A DNA stretch of 64,000 bases from an uncultured virus (IMG/VR IMGVR_UViG_3300027976_000010) (Duplodnaviria; Heunggongvirae; Uroviricota; Caudoviricetes). Below the pieces are notes generated by a model that was not told where the DNA came from, did no database searches, and saw only the letters and a program-made list of their open reading frames with translations. Of the stretch, positions 60,301 through 64,000 are shown piece by piece. A program made the position numbers and the translations under genes. The stretch is from the IMG/VR virus record IMGVR_UViG_3300027976_000010; one strand, given 5' to 3'. Within the stretch, counting starts at the first letter, position 1; each line of letters starts with the position of its first letter.

Positions 60301-61711
60301 CGCGGTTTGCGGTAAAACCGGCACGAAGTTTATTCCCCTCCGGAAAGGTTTGCGCATTTTCGCGTTGCACGGGAAACTTTAATTGGCTAACCGCCGCCCT
60401 AAAAATATCCGTTATCGCTATAATCCCCTGAGCCCCAAATGACTGAAGTGGAGTGGTATTCGGGGTCATGCTTTCAATCGTTGTTGGCAGCGTCCATCCG
60501 GACAGGTTGGAAAATAAAACTTCTTCGTCAATTCCGGGATCAGCCACTGCGTACGTGTCCATGATCCCCCGTGAAAAATCAGGCGCCTGAGAGACGGCTT
60601 TTTGGTATAACCTAAAAGCATCCACGTAGTCGGCCTCGTTAAGCGTCCCGGTATCGATTTTGGTGATGACGCGGTCTGCCGAATCCGCAAATTGGCCACC
60701 CCAATAGGCAACCGCCGCATCTGCGGTTTCTATATCACCCCATATGAAACTCCGCAGCGTCGACCGCGCGGCGTCGTCTTGGTACATCTGGGCGAAGAAA
60801 TTGTTGCGCCCACTTCTGTCATTCCGCTGAAGCAAATTACTGCGTTCGCGCTCCGGGGTTCCATCAAGCCATTTGGCAATTGCGCCTTTTACGCGACGAA
60901 CAAGTTCGTCATTCTCCGGTAATATGAATCTAGCCGGAGTGACCTTGTCGCCACGCATTGCTCCCGTAGCGGCAGGTACAGTATCTCTAGCTGTGTTCCT
61001 TCTGGGTTCGGTGTCAATTTTGGGAGCCAGGGAGTCTGTCGGAGCGATTGACGCTCGGCGCGTTGATGGCTTTTTAGGAGAACGCGCTATGGACGGTTTA
61101 TCACTAGGGGCAGCGCCCGGATCTGGGCGTGTCGGTAGATCGGGGCCATCAATATCGCTTGCTCGATTAGCGGTATCGCTTAATTCTGGCGCGTCAGGCG
61201 TTGACGGAGCGGGGATGGCGACGTCCGAGCCGGGGGTCGGGTCGATAACGCCGCGACCCCTATTTATCGTTGGAATTCCCTCTAGGACAAATGGGTCATT
61301 ATCGGCATTTCGCGCCGTAGCTGGATTCATATCCCGTTGAGGTCCGCCGATCGGTGGACCAAGTGCCTTAACTTCGTCGGTTTTTTTCTTTAGTATTCTG
61401 GCAATACGTCTAGACAAATCCCGCTCTGATCTTCGTCCGGCTAAAACTCCCACTCCGGTTACCCGTCGGTAATCTGATTCATTAGAGCACGGCATCCAAA
61501 CAAATCCCCCAGAAACAGAATTATACTGACGAATCCCGATGCAGCCGAGCTGGCGAGATCTTTCCCGGGCGGACTCTTTATCGACAAAGACATCGTGGCC
61601 GTCGGACCGAACTCGGCGAGGCCCGAATCCTACTGATTTTTGATTTATCTGGTCGGCGCCATCATCTGGGGCGATGGGACAGCAGTCACCAGTGTCTGTA
61701 TTTTCGGCCAT
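45398..61711 (-). CDS. Giant 5437-aa multidomain head-module protein: N-terminal WMPC motif, HTH-like segments, Clp-N, Nudix, zeta-toxin-like kinase; 13 GSM/GAM linkers
   Basis: Uninterrupted 16.3-kb ORF; Clp-N (HLLLGL...HLLLAI), Nudix box (GG....E....A.RE..EEVG), P-loop GGSSGTGKT. Confidence 0.9.
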   Translation of the reverse strand: MAENTDTGDCCPIAPDDGADQINQKSVGFGPRRVRSDGHDVFVDKESARERSRQLGCIGIRQYNSVSGGFVWMPCSNESDYRRVTGVGVLAGRRSERDLSRRIARILKKKTDEVKALGPPIGGPQRDMNPATARNADNDPFVLEGIPTINRGRGVIDPTPGSDVAIPAPSTPDAPELSDTANRASDIDGPDLPTRPDPGAAPSDKPSIARSPKKPSTRRASIAPTDSLAPKIDTEPRRNTARDTVPAATGAMRGDKVTPARFILPENDELVRRVKGAIAKWLDGTPERERSNLLQRNDRSGRNNFFAQMYQDDAARSTLRSFIWGDIETADAAVAYWGGQFADSADRVITKIDTGTLNEADYVDAFRLYQKAVSQAPDFSRGIMDTYAVADPGIDEEVLFSNLSGWTLPTTIESMTPNTTPLQSFGAQGIIAITDIFRAAVSQLKFPVQRENAQTFPEGNKLRAGFTANRAVYPHDYGNVLLRRLLDVSNSVRNANSEPIRETILGSALNSFAMYVAAHGVLVHDSDLMDSSFGIMNNLLEQLLADKESTAVLAKMGQLFDLLDTHLVDYTEARRRARLEIIAAAKENGLLRKSEDLFDNDVPLAVAEHLDNSKQAFSTRNEHVAAVIAPIGEDKLRRVMRDIFARNNYLDGSTIEKYSPASPGDAIALASELNPPQRDRNITRLSTENAKAFESITSYLYSDNPIFLVDNNDQIQLWANLLQYGKRRMLHRTLKQMSPKKRAEFMAVDPETADVLLDSAKESWLSHRQINEGFGPDNYPLDDNINATLTNYPIEDVHYRIPQRITDSSSNPLVLIANALRLRQYQLDRVNNNDYTNSIRALIDGLLGGNPKQSNKIFDLMILPSPAALLIDRYANSIPNFLHTLGEYDNDIQGNNRGQFRNNDSVYPNTMTALGVLGDAKHALAGLAGNMDEYANMASRRMVLITDDLIDRENYDIDPLVENYLNAAPFGYGPSGSMVGHIGQNYPRDKRESGSWSPVADNIRTEIARGYQFPKKRNGSMRISLGSRYRQAELVREAAELLDTMYERARNGTLRLEDYATSYDQKTEKLKLDAFNPKTPASVLKGEMSLFRAITLVMTAASVGARTPKDRDLIDGLTQEVYQWADHFLPFYSSKRPFVGSLPRKISSTDPTGSMGGIRSPRERFAKLKNSKYASLELRWAAFDAAASDLIYESAASVPISNKLLQLETLLDDLINEQWAQASGLKTALEIISSHVDDMIQGGLPLRLTAELTRSFDTFAGRMRKKYQDDPLLASAFSSVNLYSVRSRSKRRRGLKPIELLNERLTMQNSLLDDAITNNQTARAENLRVAISVTVRNINEVTPPPRGAPKKFEWEGDDETPVSGSMAGRYSPHQLTLSNLVTGLHDSPEFAKHWQSMDDNNELFWKYRLESQQEPAGLSSITFNWTDEVSRNAYLRLLTSGKQFPPIYRTPGGRDGAIFPKSSLHKNSEMAKNISEYIADELGVGMYIRGRYPYYADMFSTLATFSLTPSSGVAGSKAVSDILSYHSEELNPTQFAYRFETWIRDPDMVMENAKTGKETGVRKFFNNDRIKMMMEFNKRIDGLYDIIEEKAPQQTFDNFRPRRIPGRYDGDISSSLKTTALQTILSANLETDSETVHSLTKRVNAQLNRWNNFDFATAEDIVNILAATEPSLWNKIKIDLDAPVNPLSGIPIEELDANKDILSIIMDDYKNLSFYEIKELLAQGSHADLYDDEAIRALLSEMGVTDLQVRDTANPSGSMTQGAGNDESSNIDWWKIPDPEKMALLRQDFDRLHILRANKKALEMSPDEERQFRVTQWKKSQLEKIIDADWVALGPFPKTNALRDLHNLALEATDSDVTFSGKIYGFTDSQISTIFDEISSGLPNSTDIKRRGEFVDHINGRLSVRGDDAPAIVPDIWAPEPTRNELLEFTTPKEAAEILGENFDFDRAFLAQLLNGPSSEMSPEIRTELLRITNDRADGDADPAAVQYAPTPQQQMQNFLINSIDESVNSAEDFVDSLSREQLSVISDHVSSGQGQPRTLSREDNEAERTEQFRQQSALGISHYSATQTGRNQLRTIASLMKENTKVQLADDVIDKIILSASQDEISFDAALRALFPIDNYNDMGAIWFHVVKPLTGVDSDIARELQDVANESTARMRRHAFVLAIHGNKAKNELRHTLYNFVKKYPVDGVGSVRIAGSNETTNDIADLSADDQNIIRSIQFDTISSYDGTTESANRIIGALTSQQIERLFEKFILPALHKSNPGLANKRSINQARIKMQKQLARINAEFSKSPHGVSTYTNADGYGPDDITDLITTAANSAFGDLLPDGTNADDFGNYVSLVDYFFSGGREILPIGEYAEAARKLQYAQTRLGKKQSAIAADRVEMTQLANDAGAQLDSDVASLLKQFINRDDDDAVSRALDEEEFARLQEQKRRHRSEIKKYNVQPADSEWEEADDVFEIDNENPSGSMLSALPNVSPRYIALLDAKRTPRKKHDDEARSQFSIAEKRAIEIVRNNGIDIPNDYTGIDSQTFDGTAMNLFSNAGAVTASDIEKRLISIQKAINIELEKIIVSEFPHSEFRADSRGLMLYVPARLLADGPEAPDAIAEFEPYDANTDDDLSLRPQNFDIRTHPTAVALRDRHDNFTGAKHSFGSEWLHENTRYGTETNKLLQLLESDPSSLDMDKILAYVESQGDWMDIETLPLSSGLVTESPIGRTTGFGAERRSRLIDTARLEKEKKIVRSKALSSKALRDSWWPLFTGPDTLDEIEIAQTSGYLEEAVIAGLKTVARENGQIDNFDRMLSRARQAGRDRAQELARSFALAKIVEIIDSNESIAGQLFHIDSLIQDAELSKDVTSKQYQARIRAEILKRVSSQRTLLNTRKQLERYDAITTTPRDYLYNLQKWDANYGPILLQLEAGIQDLSIQAEASLRALRGYDETVSELQERVKEIRELADNAAEFIRIRALQRATDDALQALSDDPNNIMGDGSSPSGSMKRVGRHPTTGVAIYAQGVQAQEAERRDARVLMTPAEKEFSQHVLRQLNALKGLDLTDINASSKIARQSALGALVSGNIQVSRIAQSVLGLQRTARSIRSRFSRNLVSNLRSGPDATISDAVRNSILLERSRLHANELTPDYAVFSELAESILPAVSATILSDLRNIGRDKTILKHGIFDRGISLIEHERSEIMNSIRDESKTSPMSTIAERLNLDLNLLRRALDADLQSRKLAILITGAQEMAYILKDGYTKNAAAGIISEKIPELGELGITIEAILDTPEHIALASLDNIELALRHIAKSNANTLYVSDQIERAARSAGIPTSSINSLRKFSAEIEQTKRYGGLRFDALTPDDWRFMTYGEQLDWLDSDMGKTAIPEEMRQFQKLQLNEMAEAYGSLDGPYGATASALRRSNISEAIFGMNSVTPTGESPIFSWVGLKDSDLVRSGKFPTKSIFEKYGSLGILNDVALAAFFNTQPGVIKKLRSGKFGLSTAAASRVANALGVQLNDIWSKNKKIDKIKAPNGHFLWIAGNWSVIQKLLEMSDAHRSDAAIEKTLGKRAVLQLAQLKKLQKNKTMDAFGRAVGKTNPSDSEVRKYLLSVMPTSKKDAVLALAQSGYGEQDIIGVTGFNANTVRNILHDLRRAGIAPDAVGKKIWIMANADKVIADMAGGMSKRQAMRKYGVGAETIRSILTESNAPIDYQNASDLISGDSPSGSMANRRVGEDVEQVAGPTPAWDSDDPSVRVFLPEFPPTVVAEPYSPETGPASARLRANGAAKDQDALNRWRPSMAKMLNWVMNGGVLENHDDAQNLIDDDEFDLDATSAVDEPNFSITMPDEVAIGEAIDGMKLSVDQMDEYGAFPGIGRAMNNLFEQAILSLWRLENQPRGAYDGADMDGDFRDMLEPDEDIDDTDGPGMSFSDFVSMVVNSLDPRPVLITGSDADWLNEFARSYAASRNTLDESTAENADRLYNLFIRKLNSSKDSKQWMQKARFMVSIQSMANHVIDKFALASFNASMNFDNPGVVDDQVAAHFFDRVLKSIYDLPGADLDFVDRVIGKANDERNATMIDRPWADEDDDIDDHAPITLSASAREQFNDAANGIASTVAQLFSDQLAYHIGTNSSSDPMVGIFPRKDWTGQWTIYGPDIVYAGYGAKKPYNRSVRWSADPSLNAGIVNFDEDLSGSPDKYLWEVRFDADGEYGVSALELMQMDASDEFGAFISHIARNRDANEIGSIAKIINDLIQPTKMLHIPEGMTAALRDLSEMMQYEIETRDDFPGISSGNTANRMFPWIDWNKTHDLYPVLNMDDIITGEQRSWPWVAKRAVINQNLRRVREYNKMQYGIVMEMTQDLHQAEDLIEMYSGLIAALKSNAEFAEDEEMLGRIADAERQLARQQDFKEALEPVIGPTIEQLVKFTAGRLESLDSVISVGEMLRKIAIFDREHDARVERKNLLGKYKRTVLDVAQLDRVTNDGATSNKDDVYIPTFNEWLGSNGYEYLTYEYKHDEIPPSDAVSGSMALHRYTKPGLLAIVHGHEEAKKSDHNEVSVPHLLLGLARENIGKRAYNQTIAGRVLKRLNVDINKLRTAINEIIAPGAPDGNKENRIVPISANARTVMVRAVKQAMNKGQNFVGTDHLLLAIASANDKYDDSLSGVLSELGITKEQLIAETIAATEAFNMGSFPNEAGPSGSMQFYPRQTDDQRERARAFMIKAAGDEWFTVDRVIEIVLNIATDKQQVDEFERLLDEYVVKISSKQISANDYRNGMSPFSVNAILQTNSALIFGDIGQEPTDLVGAIAYRMNVIDVLTGIDATQAARYATIRQQAKLFFDTDSHAQIFDGEKDAPSGSMDGAGSFGLVYEPIGKMFVSRPQMPQDEYYQSIYGPALESESELRKAAAAVNLSSPLNLDLNLTYGDDDDVTWSSNAWSIAKTSFIEGSDAVIMRMQGNDITTAQLLMIDRKSGPFTNAKALVGGLRDGDEDYMTTATREGLEEVGIDLNNSISGKALGLISTPDWDPRFVKGTRVGGGFFMIPWDTKFQAASDAKKADWVSLSEIAEGKHAIAFGHAEWIRRAVTELKNPPVGDGSIDKFHDMRVSIARRLNILAKAQRLRNQRIISRINAVRREKGAEEFLPEGLMPHPLMPWGVAFESDRWPVSDPSGSMSGPIRPFVDVSLARDLGLIDDYKTDYSLDELNSSNPVSTAEKYGLMGGKISDARYNGLWMPYINRSIKRALDGSADRNPEDLPTAYILGGSSGTGKTYARMNGFMGIPSYDNAVVADPDDAKIIMPEVRHWFGEMNPNAANLAHIESRAITAKLTAEAIKRGIDLVYDTSGQFNDGTSDIEKWKKKGYKVVAHYFFAPDDVLATRNNDRFKRTGRMVPEWIPPVINRNLSMLVPQMDSLFDELHIWDSEKDPTSPVALARRGQGEPLEILNKKLYGYVSYDKR

Positions 61712-61788
61712 ATTATCCCTGCGTCAGAATACTTCGTGTGCGTTTATCGTACCAATAATATTGGTGAACGCGGGAAGGTAGCGTGAGA

Positions 61789-62331
61789 TTACGCTGTGGG
61801 GAATTGATTTAAGTATTTTCTTTTGCCGTCAGAAACGCTAAACATTTTTGAAAGTGCACTCGCGGAAACTATTCCGCCGCCGTCCAGGGACGACAAGCCA
61901 ATTACCCCGCGTTCGGTTAAACGCTCCCATTTGGCACCCCGCGCCTTGCGTTTTGATCTTCGTGGGGAACCGTTGTCCAAACTGCCAAGACGTTGAATTA
62001 TCGCCGATCGGGGGAGCACAATTGGCTTATTTCTTTTTATGGCCAAATATTTCCTGGTTCCCCCTATTTTGCCAATTTGATTTTCGGATGTTGGGCTACG
62101 TCCTCCCCCTTTCGCACTACGTTTTTGGACGGTTCCGGCGGTACCGTACTGCCCAGATTTTGCCGATTGTTTTTTCAGCCATGAGTCGCTCTCCGCGGCT
62201 TGCGAAAGTCTCTGTAGGGTATCATGATCGGCGCACGGCATCCACTCACCCTTGTTGCCCTTGTGGACGCCGGAGCACCCCATATACCTGGCGATTTTTA
62301 ACGCCTGTCTTTTTTGATTCCCGTCATTCAT
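61789..62331 (-). CDS. Basic head-module protein with a DUF3721-like A..MGC.G.H....WMPC motif
   Basis: Motif shared with the N-terminus of the giant protein; ATGA coupling. Confidence 0.7.
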   Translation of the reverse strand: MNDGNQKRQALKIARYMGCSGVHKGNKGEWMPCADHDTLQRLSQAAESDSWLKKQSAKSGQYGTAGTVQKRSAKGGGRSPTSENQIGKIGGTRKYLAIKRNKPIVLPRSAIIQRLGSLDNGSPRRSKRKARGAKWERLTERGVIGLSSLDGGGIVSASALSKMFSVSDGKRKYLNQFPTA

Positions 62332-62753
62332 CGCGGTATCTCTGCGTCGCCGACCCAAATTGTGAATCCTTGAAGTTCCTGTTTTGATGGCTTAATGCCG
62401 ATATGGCGCATATAGCTCATCGCCGCCGCCTCTGGGGTGTCGTATAATTTACGGTACGAATTGGCTTCCTCTATATCTATTTCGTATTCGGCGTCTATGG
62501 CGGCAAATGAATCATATTCCTTTATCCCGCGTGTGAAAGCAGCCAATTCGCCTAAGAGCAACTCCCTGTAGCGTCGCCCTACACCCAGCGCTCTATAGGA
62601 GAATGGCGGATATTTGGCCAGATTGTCATAGGCGTAATAATCTTCCTTAATTTCATTTGTGGCATTGTCGAGTACGGCCGTATCGTCGTCTGATAAAGCC
62701 TCTGCGCGGAGCGTTGCTTTTTTGAAAAGTTCAGCAATTGATTGCGTATCCAT
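62328..62753 (-). CDS. Hypothetical protein
   Basis: ORF in the head module. Confidence 0.65.
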   Translation of the reverse strand: MDTQSIAELFKKATLRAEALSDDDTAVLDNATNEIKEDYYAYDNLAKYPPFSYRALGVGRRYRELLLGELAAFTRGIKEYDSFAAIDAEYEIDIEEANSYRKLYDTPEAAAMSYMRHIGIKPSKQELQGFTIWVGDAEIPR

Positions 62754-62762
62754 AATCTAAGT

Positions 62763-64000
62763 CTACCTGCTCTTGTAGATATGCATTGTCTCGCCGTTTG
62801 GCATAATAACCCCGAAGGAGTCCATAAATTCCATGGCAGACGCCAAGGAAATGGGCGAATCCAGCACGATTAAGGCCGACCTATTGACCACCATGACGTG
62901 GTTGTACATTCCGTATTTGCCTGGGAACATTGAAAGGAATAGCCGTCGTGGATCTTTGTCTATGGAGAAACTATTACCTCCGCCCGACAGATATGCGTCG
63001 TATCCGAGAATTGGGCTCATTGTCACTTCGTCGGTAAGGAAATTGAGATATGTCTGCGCGTTAACGAGGCGACTTATTGCCTGCTGCTGTTCTGATGTCT
63101 CTGCGCCGGAAGCCAACAGCGCATTCCTTTTAATTTCCAGCTGTATATACCATCCGACAATTTCTGCCCGAGTGTTCTTAAACCACTCTAGACCACCGAT
63201 CGGCTCGGAGGCGCTAGGGAAATCATCGCGTGGGTTGTCGTAGACTGAGAATGAAAATTCCGAAGAGTCAGCTAAGTGCATGCCGTCGGACAGAATGGCG
63301 ACCATGACTGCTTTTTGAAGGGCGTGCAAACCATCAAAATCATCCCACTCAACGATCGCCGGCATATTCGGTCGTGCGGTTTCATTCGGATACAGGTTCT
63401 CCCAGGCGGTCCGCCTTCCCGCAGATGGATCCGTCTCATAGCGCTCACTTACACCAGAAGGTTGAACATGTTCGCTTGGGTGGTTGATGGATCTATTAAT
63501 GAATTTATGGATATCCCGAACATGCGTGGCAATCTTTTCTACTTCTTGCGTGGTGCTCAGACGCGATGAACGCGGTATCAATGCCAGGATTGAACCGCGC
63601 GCTTCGTCGCCTGGGTCGTATCCGCCAATTGGGTTTGATGCGGTGGAAAAATTGTCCCCTTCTCCGCCGGCGGATCCCCCTTGGCCGGCAGTAATAAATC
63701 TATCCCCGGAAATATATTCTTGCGCCATTTCGCGTGGCGACCTATCGTCGTTGCCCCTTCTGCTGATTCCGCGGACAATAGGTATGTACATCGGCTGCCC
63801 TTCACTGTCCAGTGTTTTAAGCAATAATTCCATTTCTTCAAGGGTGACCTGTACTGGTAAATCATTAAATCCACTTTGGCCGAGAGTCGCCAGATGCTGA
63901 GCTCGTTGTTGATGGGCGTCTTCCAGTGCGAGTCCGGTACGGTAATCGTGTGAGGCGTCACGGGCTTTTTGTACGGTATCCATAAAATCTATTTGGGAAT
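62763..64000 (-). CDS. C-terminal part of a large protein, possibly with an ADP-ribosyltransferase-like domain (partial)
   Basis: Frame stays open to the window edge; IVRGI...G.G.NFS...V.VVNRSAL pattern. Confidence 0.5.
   Translation of the reverse strand, partial: SQIDFMDTVQKARDASHDYRTGLALEDAHQQRAQHLATLGQSGFNDLPVQVTLEEMELLLKTLDSEGQPMYIPIVRGISRRGNDDRSPREMAQEYISGDRFITAGQGGSAGGEGDNFSTASNPIGGYDPGDEARGSILALIPRSSRLSTTQEVEKIATHVRDIHKFINRSINHPSEHVQPSGVSERYETDPSAGRRTAWENLYPNETARPNMPAIVEWDDFDGLHALQKAVMVAILSDGMHLADSSEFSFSVYDNPRDDFPSASEPIGGLEWFKNTRAEIVGWYIQLEIKRNALLASGAETSEQQQAISRLVNAQTYLNFLTDEVTMSPILGYDAYLSGGGNSFSIDKDPRRLFLSMFPGKYGMYNHVMVVNRSALIVLDSPISLASAMEFMDSFGVIMPNGETMHIYKSR

Noticed and set aside
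46250..60958. GSM motifs as internal translation starts with a DNA-level RBS
   Set aside because: The upstream codons vary synonymously and give no consistent Shine-Dalgarno sequence; a protein-level motif fits better, though internal starts are not fully excluded.
45818..61340. Numerous + strand ORFs opposite the giant gene
   Set aside because: Antisense shadows of a long coding frame; Ser-rich with no motifs.

Overview
A 64-kb segment of a large tailed dsDNA phage (HK97-fold capsid) that probably infects an actinobacterium: it has three WhiB genes, an Ssd/ParA-like ATPase and an MSMEG_6728-like glycosylase. From left to right: (1) a proteasome-beta-like protease, WhiB and replication-initiation-type genes; (2) leftward small early-type genes interspersed with a 16-bp dispersed motif; (3) a ~6-kb non-coding array (11.75-17.78 kb) of about 30 long hairpin units, each delimited by a same-strand RGTCCCG motif; (4) ssb, a C5 methyltransferase with an overlapping-frame partner ORF, HNH and GIY-YIG endonucleases and a tRNA cluster; (5) an SNF2 helicase, a primase-helicase with a class 3 intein and DNA-binding genes; (6) a simple-repeat region with strong promoters at 33.9-34.8 kb that may mark a genome end; (7) metabolic genes (2OG dioxygenase, class II RNR, thioredoxin, transglycosylase); (8) the head module, with the major capsid protein and a 5437-aa protein divided by 13 (S)GSM-type motifs into modules that include Clp-N, Nudix and zeta-toxin-like domains. 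The best candidates for undescribed systems are the structured RGTCCCG array and the GSM-punctuated polyprotein. All calls are by eye from motifs; no searches or folding programs were run.
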